DNA of 35,603 nucleotides from Pseudomonadota bacterium (GCA_018897875.1 JAHIKF010000008.1:1-35603), one strand, 5' to 3'; shown: positions 1 through 7,652, numbered from the stretch's first letter. Numbers and translations: made by a program. Notes: generated by a model not told the origin, from the letters alone.

Positions 1-227
1 AGCCGCCAACACCTTGTAGCCGCACTTCCTCGCCGGCCGGCACCCCCGCTGAGGATCATGACCTCTATCTGGATAAACTACCAGCTTGCCAAGATCCTGC
101 TCATCATGTAAATTATGTTTAAGGACGACCTGAGTAGTTACCAATGTTCTTGAGTCTCAAATTCCTCGGCCGCGGCGCCTTGCTTAATCTCTGGCTTCAT
201 CATCCTCTGCGCTCCTATTATACCGGA

Positions 228-705
228 TTAATCCCCTGTCTTTGCCCCGGGCGGCGGCGGGGAAAAACCCTCCGGCCATTGGGTGGTCTCATCCCAAATT
301 GACTGCTCGAAATTAAAAGCCTTCGCTTCTCGTAAATCTGTCCCCTGGATTTTGGCCCCCTGGAGGTCGGCCATCTCGAAAGACGCCCCCTGGAAGTTGG
401 ATCTCCTGAGGTCGGCCCTCATAAGCTTGGCTCCCCTGAAGTCAGCCCCATGGAGGTTGGCATTATAGATGGATGCCTTCTGGAGGTTGCTTCCATAGAA
501 AACCGCTGCCTGGAGGTTGGCTTTTTTGAGGAATCCCCCCCTGGAGGTTGGCTTCCGTGAAGACCGCCCCTTGGAGCTTGGCATTGAAGAGTTTCGCCCC
601 CTGAAGATTGGAACGCATAAAGACAGCCCCCTGAAAGTTGCCCTGCGGCAAGTTTGCTCCCGCCAGATGGGTTTCACTTAAATCCAGACGTTGCTCGGTC
701 ATCAT
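228..705 (-). pseudogene. Pentapeptide-repeat protein gene interrupted by a 1-nt frameshift
   Basis: Two overlapping minus-strand ORFs (463..807 and 228..677) both encode A(D/N)LxG-type pentapeptide repeats: ...NLQGAKLFNAKLQGAVFTEANLQGG and then FLKKANLQAAVFYGSNLQKASIYNANLHGADFRGAKL.... The reading frame switches inside a C7 run at 535-541 (G7 on the coding strand). Removing one G joins the two ORFs into one ~158-aa repeat protein starting at ATG 705. Confidence 0.75.
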
Positions 706-904
706 TACTTCCAACCTGGGCTTCGCCGATTGGACCCAGGTCTTTGGCGAACCCTCTTTGACTGGGGCGCTGTTGGATCGCCTGACCCACAAAGCGCACA
801 TTGTCACCTGTGACTGGGAAAGCTTCAGGCTTCAAGAGAGTTTGAAAGTCAAAGGCGGAGTTGTGGCCAAAGAGAAACCGGGGGGGACAAGCCTTGGCCG
901 GTAG
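695..904 (+). pseudogene. istB: IstB (IS21 helper ATPase) C-terminal fragment
   Basis: The translation SVIITSNLGFADWTQVFGEPSLTGALLDRLTHKAHIVTCDWESFRLQES matches the conserved IstB C-terminus pattern (xIxTSN..F..W...F.D..L..A.LDRL.H....I...G.S.R). The Walker A/B N-terminal two thirds are absent. Confidence 0.75.
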
Positions 905-1023
905 AAAGTTCAAGGCATAATGGTAGGGCGTGCTCGGCCTGCCCGCATATTTGGGGTGCCGCCAGGCCGAGCACGCTTTGCCCCGACCGGCGGGCTTGCC
1001 TATCACCAACGGTGGCACCAACA

Positions 1024-1329
1024 TTAAATCGAAACCATATGACAAAGGGGGGTCAATTTTCGGTTGTCGCGAGGGGTCATTTTTCGGTTGCCATTTACAA
1101 GTACCTGGGCGACGGTCTTAATGAAATCATTCTTAACCGTGAATCGGTCTTTTAGATCCGCCACCCGACCCATGCTAATCCAATATCCCCAAGTCTGATA
1201 ACAGAGGTAGGCCAAGAAAAGAATAGAAAGGCAAAACAGCGAAACAAGCACGATTTTCCGTGATTTCGGTAGGGACGCAAGCCGCTTCTGCATGGCGCAC
1301 TTGTCTGGCGACCACTTAAATTCAGTCAT
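1024..1329 (-). CDS. Hypothetical small membrane protein, probably truncated by the IS21 end
   Basis: 101-aa ORF with one hydrophobic helix (IVLVSLFCLSILFLAYLCY). The last ~25 codons (NRKMTPRDNRKLTP...) are translated from the IS terminal repeats, so the native C-terminus appears to have been replaced. Confidence 0.4.
   Translation of the reverse strand: MTEFKWSPDKCAMQKRLASLPKSRKIVLVSLFCLSILFLAYLCYQTWGYWISMGRVADLKDRFTVKNDFIKTVAQVLVNGNRKMTPRDNRKLTPLCHMVSI
1049..1090 (+). repeat. Two direct 18-bp copies (GGGGTCAaTTTTCGGTTG / GGGGTCAtTTTTCGGTTG), 24-bp period; probable IS21 terminal transposase-binding repeats
   Basis: Read directly from the sequence at 1049-1066 and 1073-1090, with 17/18 identity. 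The repeats lie just inside the presumed IS end. Confidence 0.7.
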
Positions 1330-1462
1330 GCTTTAATTATTTTTATCGGAAGAAAGGACCAGCTAATATTATATGCCTAGTGGATGCGATCATCTGACGC
1401 CGAATCATCTGGGGGATATTTTCCGACACCTAGCCGGGAGATATTTCACTCCAATAAGATCG

Positions 1463-2977
1463 CTACTGGCCGGCCCGCCTGATTTGCAGAGCCCGCGGGG
1501 TGACCCCCAATTTACGGGCGGCTCGTTGGATATTCCCCTCTTCTTCCGACAACGCAATCCTGATCAAGGTTTCCACCACCACTTTCCTGATCTCTTTGAG
1601 CCCCAGACCTAAATGGATGGCACGGCGCATGGTATGCTCCAACCTCAAATCACACCAATCCTCAGACTCATCTTCGACCGAAGGCCGTTCATCCTCGGGA
1701 ATATCTCCCACGGTAATAGGACCGGGACTGACATAGCTTAACAACATGCGGGTGGTTAGTTGCTTAAGTTCCCGCACATTGCCGTGATATTCCCGGGTCA
1801 GCAACCAGGCCTGGACCGCCTCATCCAACTCCGGAGTATCCTCGGGTCTCAGGAGGTGGATAAAATGCCGGGCCAAGGGCACGATATCCTCGGGCCGCTC
1901 TTGTAAGGCGGGCAGGTGACAGGTTATCGTGGCCATCCGGTAATACAGGTCCCGTCTGAACTCCCCGCGCAATACCTTCTCCATGAGGTTCTGATTGGTG
2001 GCGCACACCAGGCGGAACCTGGTATCATGCCAAGAATTGCCTCCCACCCGTTTATAGGTGCCCTCTTGGATGACCCGAAGCAACTGGGCTTGGAGAGTCA
2101 AGGGCAACTCCCCAACTTCGTCCAGGAATAGGGTCCCCCCGTTGGCCAGGGCAAAGGCTCCGTCTCGAGACGATACCGCCCCCGTAAACGCCCCCCTCTC
2201 GTGCCCGAAAAACTCACTTCCTGACAGCTCCGGCACAATGGTGGCGCAATCCAGGATAATAAGTTTGCCTTTGCCGGGCCGGGAGTCCAAACTGTGGATC
2301 AGCCTGGCAGCCAGTTCCTTACCCGTGCCAGTTTCTCCCTCCAGCAGCACCGAGGCTTCGGTGAACTGGGCCGCTTCCACCAAGCGTCTCAGAATGGCTA
2401 GCCAAACGGAGCTCTTACCTACCAAATTATCAGTGATCAGGGGTGAGTTGATCAGGCTCTCGATGCTTTCCCAGCGTTCAATCCTGGCTGCTAATTTCTC
2501 GGCCGGGCTGTTCATGCGATCCCAAACGAAAATATCGGCGGCGCCGGCCTGAAGTAATCGCCAGATCTGGGTAACCGGCAGGTTCGTGCGTTTTATGGCT
2601 ATGCCTACAATTCGAGAGCTATTTGGTTGGCCGGCTTGCCGTAAAAAATCGAGCACCCCCGAGGTTACCTCATCGAAGAAGAGGATGCCCGCAAATGACC
2701 GGGCATTCGCAGCAAACGGCACCAGTTCTAACCTGTGCTTCCGCAAGGTATTCATCATGCCGTCGGTAGAAGCTGGGCTATCCTTGGTTAGGAAGTGGTA
2801 CCAAACTTTCAAAGGAAATTCCTTTGGGGCATCCTCGACAATCAAAGTCGGGATTTTAGAGGAGACTGAAGACGTATGAATGAATCGAAATCCACAGGTC
2901 TTGTCGATAAACCGATGATGCAGCCAGAACACCGGGGCGTTGGGTGGAGATGAGTGCAATCCATTCGCACCCGTCAT
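1463..2977 (-). CDS. Sigma54-dependent transcriptional activator (NtrC/Fis family bacterial enhancer-binding protein)
   Basis: It has an AAA+ Walker A motif (GETGTGKE), the sigma54-contact GAFTGA loop (GHERGAFTGA) and a C-terminal Fis-type HTH (NIQRAARKLGVTPRALQIRR). The N-terminal ~170 aa look receiver-like (TLIVEDA...ILFFDE...AGAADIFVW). The true start may be internal to the 504-aa ORF. Confidence 0.9.
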   Translation of the reverse strand: MTGANGLHSSPPNAPVFWLHHRFIDKTCGFRFIHTSSVSSKIPTLIVEDAPKEFPLKVWYHFLTKDSPASTDGMMNTLRKHRLELVPFAANARSFAGILFFDEVTSGVLDFLRQAGQPNSSRIVGIAIKRTNLPVTQIWRLLQAGAADIFVWDRMNSPAEKLAARIERWESIESLINSPLITDNLVGKSSVWLAILRRLVEAAQFTEASVLLEGETGTGKELAARLIHSLDSRPGKGKLIILDCATIVPELSGSEFFGHERGAFTGAVSSRDGAFALANGGTLFLDEVGELPLTLQAQLLRVIQEGTYKRVGGNSWHDTRFRLVCATNQNLMEKVLRGEFRRDLYYRMATITCHLPALQERPEDIVPLARHFIHLLRPEDTPELDEAVQAWLLTREYHGNVRELKQLTTRMLLSYVSPGPITVGDIPEDERPSVEDESEDWCDLRLEHTMRRAIHLGLGLKEIRKVVVETLIRIALSEEEGNIQRAARKLGVTPRALQIRRAGQ

Positions 2978-3047
2978 ATTCTTCTAGTCTTGGCGAACTC
3001 GAATAGCATACTCCCCAGAATGTGTCAATCATTTTGAGACACCCGGT

Positions 3048-3617
3048 CTAAGAAATTAGTGTAGCGGTTTTATGCTCCTCCTCATCCTTGCCGGGGGGAT
3101 TGGTCCAGGCCGACCTGGGCAACGCTTGGGGGACTGGCGGGTTATGTACAAAGCGTTCCGGATTAGCGGCGTAAGCAGCCTGCAGGACTTCCTGCCAAGC
3201 CGCAATGACGGTCTCGTGACGGTCTCGGTGCGGTGGTAATGCACGGTCTCCGGAGTTCATAAGGCGATAGCATAGTGGCGGTGTAGGGTGGTGTACCAGG
3301 GAATAAACGTGCGGCAAAACCTCCAGCTAACCTCCAGGGAGCCATCCAAAAAACCGAATAATATAGACCTCACTATGCACCTGGTAGCATGTACCTGCCC
3401 TCTGTACGTACCTCAAATAAATAAAATTGGTAGTCGAGATCAGCTTGCCATGATCGACAATTATCACCTTACCCGGAAAAATGCCAGATAATATCCGCAT
3501 ATCTTGCACTAACATCTGTAGGGAGGATAGGACCTCACCCGCCGGGGACACCGGCACCCTGAGATGCGCCCCCAGACCTCCCTCCCGGAACGATAAATCT
3601 ACGGCGCACAGGGCCAC
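3048..3617 (-). pseudogene. Degenerate DDE transposase (integrase-core type) remnant
   Basis: ORF 3048..3317 ends with ...HETVIAAWQEVLQAAYAANPERFVHNPPVPQALPRSAWTNPP. This is the typical C-terminal tail of rve-type transposases (..VL..AY..HPERFV..P..P.LP...WIN.P). The upstream pieces (VIIVDHGKLISTTNF...) lie in other frames, which implies frameshifts and decay. Confidence 0.55.
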
Positions 3618-3840
3618 TCACAGCCCCGCCACGGCCCGCAAAGGGGGACCCAAGGGGAAGTTACAGGGGGGCCTGTGAAATTCTTAAATCACCCCTGCCA
3701 GCCCCGCCAACCGGCCACATTTTGCTTATAAAATTTTTAGACCTGGGTCGCATCTTGGGGGGGCATTTTCTGCTGGGTTTTTCCCTGGGGAAAAAAACCA
3801 ATGAATGATTTTTTGATAAAAATTGCCGGCCTTGGCATTT

Positions 3841-4470
3841 AGCATGAGGGGGGTGCCGGAGTCCCTTTCCCTTTCCGTGTTCCCGGCTGTGGGGCAGCAG
3901 TACCCCTCTCATCCAGGCCAGGGCAGGAAGGGCCGGGCCGGTCGCTGCTGTACCGTGGCGCGGGGGCGCTGGGTGAAGGGGCGTGGGGGTCCAGGCAGGG
4001 CAGGCTCAGGCAGCCACGAGTACAGGCACAGCGCAGAGCAAGCATGGACAAGGCCAGCAAGGGCACCCCGCGGGGCGGCTGGGCCTGACCGGCGGGGACG
4101 GGGTGGTGGCCGGTTCGTTGCGCTCCGGTGGTGGTGGCTCCGGTAGGGGGCAGGGGCCGCGGCAGCCCCAGGGTGACCACGCGTGGGCGTGGGTGCGTGG
4201 GCGCAGGAGGGGGTGTCCTGGCGCTGGGCCAGGGATCGGTGGTTGATGAGTACACATGGTGCGGGGTGCGCGTCAGGAGGGGCAGGGCCGGCGCCTGGCG
4301 GGGCGCCAGAGGCCGGCGGGCAAGAGGCAGGATAGGGCCAGGGGACGGCCAATCACTTCAGGGCGGGCCTCTCATGGGTGCAGGTGGCGGCGGGCCCCAC
4401 ATGGCCGCGGCGGGCCGAGGGAGACGCTGGTGGTACGCCTGCGCTCTGGGCGCAAGGCTTGGGTTAGCGA
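3841..4470. other. Very GC-rich, strongly G-over-C skewed (plus strand) island without credible coding frame; multiple G-quadruplex motifs
   Basis: ORFs are open in all six frames, and they encode only Pro/Gly/Arg/Ala-rich low-complexity strings. There are repeated GGGCAGG-type motifs. Canonical G3+N1-7 x4 motifs occur at 3962-3989 and 4185-4213. The island is flanked by much more AT-rich sequence. Confidence 0.6.
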
Positions 4471-4479
4471 ACCATCATG

Positions 4480-4512
4480 TCCGACATTGACGGTATAATT
4501 TACAATGTCGGA
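4480..4512. repeat. Perfect 10-bp inverted repeat TCCGACATTG-N13-CAATGTCGGA with TATAAT in the spacer
   Basis: Read directly from the sequence: the arms are 4480-4489 and 4503-4512, and TATAAT lies at 4494-4499. It could be an operator or a stem-loop at the edge of the GC-rich island. Confidence 0.5.
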
Positions 4513-4740
4513 TGACTTTTATTGCAGATATGAAAAATATCTCAACTACCAATTTTTTTTATTTAAGGTGCTGAGGGCAGATAGCGCCACCCCATACCAA
4601 GGCTGATCAAAGTGGGCACTATGGTTTCTTATCATGCCCGGAGATGGTATGTTCATGTGGCCATGGCCTTTCCCCTGGTGCACCGCTACCGGGCGCTGCT
4701 GGCCGGGGGGTCATAGGCTTCCCAGAAATGTGCCATCTAC

Positions 4741-4927
4741 TCGCCGAGAATCGGGTAGGCCCGAGAATTGAGTGCGAAAATAAGATTTCTTCAAAAAAAT
4801 GTGTTATCTTGTGCCCGTACTGGTCCCTACGAGAAGAACTGGCTTCGATAAAAGGGTCGGTTAGGAGCCTCCCCTCGGGCCAAGAGGTCCAAAAAACCTC
4901 GTTGGGACAGAAACAGCTATGGACGCG
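4741..4927 (+). promoter_or_regulatory. Left copy of the duplicated operon leader, with a sigma54-like -24/-12 core
   Basis: It is similar to the reverse complement of 35227-35400. The 18-nt block CGAGAAGAACTGGCTTCG (4830-4847) and the 22-nt block TTGGGACAGAAACAGCTATGGA (4902-4923) are identical in both copies, with 54 vs 53 nt between them. The core TGGGAC-N-..-AGCT has GG(4904-5)-N10-GC(4916-7). The ACP start lies 60 bp downstream. Confidence 0.55.
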
Positions 4928-4986
4928 GCATAATCTCGCCTTAGAAGTTTTACATTGGCCAATTCGAAAAATCAGGATAGACGCAT

Positions 4987-5313
4987 ATGGAGGATCACCT
5001 GAAAAACGGCGCTTCCCGCATAGATAAAGCGCAAAAATCGATCAGTATCCCTGGGCGCGAAGAGATTATTGCCATCCTGAACAAGATTTTGGAAGAGGAC
5101 TTTGAGATCGATCCCTCCATATTGAAGCCTGAGGCCTCCCTCCGTGATGATCTTGACCTCGATAGTTTAGACGGAGTCGACCTCGTAGTCGCCATTGAAA
5201 AGAAGTTTCGATTCCGCGTGGATGAGGAAGAAGCCAGGTCAATTCGCACCTTAAATGATATTTATGAATCCGTAGACCGCCGTCTCCGACAAATCGCCGA
5301 AGAACAGCCCTGA
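4987..5313 (+). CDS. Acyl carrier protein (phosphopantetheine-binding)
   Basis: It has the DLDLDSLDGVDLVVAIE motif containing the Ser attachment site. It is a small acidic helical protein with a ~25-aa N-terminal extension, so the start is uncertain. Confidence 0.85.
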   Translation: MEDHLKNGASRIDKAQKSISIPGREEIIAILNKILEEDFEIDPSILKPEASLRDDLDLDSLDGVDLVVAIEKKFRFRVDEEEARSIRTLNDIYESVDRRLRQIAEEQP

Positions 5314-5354
5314 GTGGCTAATGCATCAATTTAAATTTAGAGTTTAGGCCGAAG

Positions 5355-6323
5355 ATGCAAACCCAAGGTGGTACTTCCCGGCAAATAAATCGCTGGACTG
5401 GTAGGACCAGGGGGGGGTATCTCGGCAACTGGATATTTGTTAATTTACTCCGAGTCGGCGGTCCATGGCTCGGCTATTTCTTTTTAGTTCCAGTAACTTT
5501 CTATTATCTCCTTTTCGCATCTCAGGCTGTCAAGGCATCTCAAACTTATTTACGGCGACTGGGTTATAAGCTCGAGTCCGGGTTTGAGCGGTGGTGGCTC
5601 ACGTACAAGCATTTTTACTCCTTTGGACAAAGCCTCTTGGATCGCATTGCCATCATTGCAGGAAATGCCTCAAGATATGCCTTTGTGTTTGAAGGACAAC
5701 ATCATATAGAAACCGCCTTGGCCGAGGGAAAGGGGGTTCTTATCATCAGCGCTCATTTCGGGAACTGGCAGGCAGCAGCTCATCTTTTAGGCACATTGAA
5801 CGTGCCCGTGCATATTGTTGCTTATGATAACGAGGTGGCGCCTATCAACCAACTCTTTGCCAAGGCCTTAAAGAAAAGGCTTTTTTCTGTTATTTCCCTG
5901 GACAATGACGCTGCCAGTTTAGAGATTATAACCGCATTGAAGCGGGGGGAAATTGTCGCTATGCACGCGGATAGAAGCATCGGTGATAAGCATAGTGTGC
6001 GGCTAAATTTTTTAGGGTCCCCAGCCAATTTCCCTTCCGGTCCTTACACTGTGGCGGCGCTTAGTGGCGCTCCCCTTATCCATACCTTTGCCGTGAGACG
6101 GCAAGTTTGCTCCTATCATCTTTATGCCTATCCTTCCCAGCAGCTGGCTTTTGGCAGTCGCCAGGACCGGCCCAAACAATTGGAGCAATGGGTTTCATTG
6201 TTTGTCCAGCGACTGGAAGCGCATCTAAAAAGTTATCCTTTCCAGTGGTGCAACTTTTATGAGTTCTGGGAAGGACCGCTCTCCCCCTCTTCTTTGAGGA
6301 AAGGACACCTTGAGAAAGAATAA
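5355..6323 (+). CDS. LpxL/HtrB-like lysophospholipid (lipid A-type) acyltransferase family protein (ApeD-like)
   Basis: It has N-terminal TM segments and an ISAHFGNWQ motif (HxxxxD/E-type acyltransferase box). Its length and architecture match LPLAT/LpxL-family members found in Ape-type clusters. Confidence 0.8.
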   Translation: MQTQGGTSRQINRWTGRTRGGYLGNWIFVNLLRVGGPWLGYFFLVPVTFYYLLFASQAVKASQTYLRRLGYKLESGFERWWLTYKHFYSFGQSLLDRIAIIAGNASRYAFVFEGQHHIETALAEGKGVLIISAHFGNWQAAAHLLGTLNVPVHIVAYDNEVAPINQLFAKALKKRLFSVISLDNDAASLEIITALKRGEIVAMHADRSIGDKHSVRLNFLGSPANFPSGPYTVAALSGAPLIHTFAVRRQVCSYHLYAYPSQQLAFGSRQDRPKQLEQWVSLFVQRLEAHLKSYPFQWCNFYEFWEGPLSPSSLRKGHLEKE

Positions 6324-7647
6324 AGTCTTACTGATTTCTCCTAATACGGAAACGGCTCCCATGCCTGTTTATCCGCTCTCCCTGGCGAGGCTGGCCAGGG
6401 CGGTTGAAACCAGAGGAGATCAGGTCAGGCAATTTGACCTTCTGGTTCATGGGAACCATCAGTTGCCTGGAGTTCTGCAAGAGTATCAGCCTAATCTGGT
6501 AGCCCTCTCGCTACGCAACCTTGATAATCTCGACACCACGGCCTATCGCTCTTACCTCTCGAGTTATCGGGAAATTATGAACATTATCTGCTCGCATACC
6601 CAGGCCCCCGTGGTCTTGGGAGGTAGTGGCTTTTCCCTGCTGCCCCACGAGTTGCTCCAGCGTTTGGATGGCAACCTCGGGGTAATCGGGCCGGGAGAGG
6701 GAGCCTTGAGCGCCATTCTTCAGGCGCTGGATGAAGGTGCAAGTTCCTTTCCCCAGATTCTTAACGGCACTGAATACAATGATGGCGCTTTTCAGAGCCG
6801 GCATGAACCGGAATTGGTGGAATACTATTGGCGCTTTGGTGGCATGATTGGCCTTCAAACCAAGAGAGGTTGTCCTCGTCACTGTTCCTACTGCACTTAC
6901 CCTCTGATCGATGGCAACCGAACCAGGTATGCTGAAATACCTGCGTTAGTAGAGGAGATCGAACTCCTGGTCCGGAAAATGGGAGTAACCTATTTTTACT
7001 TTGTTGATTCGGTCTTTAACCAGGACCGAGAGCATGAGTTGGCGTTCGCCGAGGAAATTCTCAGGCGCGATCTGGCGATTAGATGGTGTGCCTTTTTTGC
7101 CCCCTCCGGACTTGACCGGGAATATCTGAAAGTTCTTAAGAAAAGTGGGCTCACCCACGTGGAATTCGGAACTGAGGCCATGTGTGACCGAATGCTCTCT
7201 TCCTATAAAAAAGGATTCAACACTGCAGAGGTTGTCCACAATTCCAGCCTGGCCAATGAACTCGGGCTTCATGTTTGCCACTATCTTCTCTTCGGCGGGC
7301 CGGGGGAGGCGCCGGATACCGTCCGGGAGACCTTGACCCATGCAAGGAAGCTTTCAGATTGCGTATTCTTCCCTTTCGTGGGGGTGCGGATTTACCCCGG
7401 TACAGACGTATACTTGCAGGCCTTGAATGAAAATCAGGTTCAGGTGGATAGCGATTACTTTGCTCCCATATTTTACAATCCAGAGGGCTTTGCACGCGAG
7501 GCCATTTGGGAAATGTTGCGCCGCGAGACCGAAGGTTTGACTAACTGGCTCTTCCCGTCTAAGTATGAAGACATCAGCAGAATCTTGAAACGGTTGCGGC
7601 AGCGAGGATTGAAAGGTCCGCTCTGGGAGTATTTGCTGCAAAACTAA
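6310..7647 (+). CDS. B12-binding-domain radical SAM protein (class B rSAM)
   Basis: The N-terminus is a Rossmann-like B12-binding region (KVLLISPNTE...VALSLRNLDN). A CxxxCxxC cluster motif, RGCPRHCSYCTYP, lies at 6871-6894. The TTG start overlaps the upstream stop by 14 nt. Confidence 0.88.
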   Translation: MRKNKVLLISPNTETAPMPVYPLSLARLARAVETRGDQVRQFDLLVHGNHQLPGVLQEYQPNLVALSLRNLDNLDTTAYRSYLSSYREIMNIICSHTQAPVVLGGSGFSLLPHELLQRLDGNLGVIGPGEGALSAILQALDEGASSFPQILNGTEYNDGAFQSRHEPELVEYYWRFGGMIGLQTKRGCPRHCSYCTYPLIDGNRTRYAEIPALVEEIELLVRKMGVTYFYFVDSVFNQDREHELAFAEEILRRDLAIRWCAFFAPSGLDREYLKVLKKSGLTHVEFGTEAMCDRMLSSYKKGFNTAEVVHNSSLANELGLHVCHYLLFGGPGEAPDTVRETLTHARKLSDCVFFPFVGVRIYPGTDVYLQALNENQVQVDSDYFAPIFYNPEGFAREAIWEMLRRETEGLTNWLFPSKYEDISRILKRLRQRGLKGPLWEYLLQN

Positions 7648-7652
7648 GGGGA

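Larger units (their letters stand above)
677..1099 (+). mobile_element. IS21-family insertion sequence remnant (3' part of istB plus right terminal region)
   Basis: It contains an IstB C-terminal fragment followed about 145 bp later by two 18-bp direct repeats, ending in ...CATTTACA. IS21-family ends terminate in CA and carry multiple short repeats. No istA and no left end are present in the window. Confidence 0.65.

Noticed and set aside
1-227. A short minus-strand ORF (MILSGGAGRR...) runs off the left edge.
   Set aside because: Only about 20 codons are visible. The resemblance to nucleotidyltransferase N-termini is too weak to call.
300-660. There is an obvious periodic nucleotide repeat (ccctggaggt[tc]gg-like, about every 15-30 nt) that could be mistaken for a non-coding tandem array or CRISPR-like structure.
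   Set aside because: The periodicity is the codon-level signature of pentapeptide (A[DN]LxG) repeats on the minus strand. There are no unique spacers, and the repeats are degenerate.
900-1045. The minus-strand ORF 674..1045 (VIGKPAGRGKACSAWRHPKYAGRPSTPYH) looked like a possible second transposase fragment.
   Set aside because: Half of it is antisense to the clear IstB fragment. The rest lies in the non-coding IS21 terminal region, and the similarity to transposase motifs is too vague.
3839-4490. There are several 80-150-aa ORFs on both strands inside the GC-rich island (e.g. 3909..4352 -, 4128..4490 +, 3839..4255 -).
   Set aside because: They overlap one another in all frames and encode only Pro/Gly/Arg/Ala low-complexity sequence. 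Open frames are expected by chance at this GC content. I saw no motif, signal peptide or start-site context.
4644-5027. A 127-aa plus-strand ORF covers the left leader copy.
   Set aside because: The homologous right-hand copy has an in-frame TGA and a 1-nt indel within the conserved region. Conservation is therefore at the DNA level, not the protein level. I recognised no protein family.
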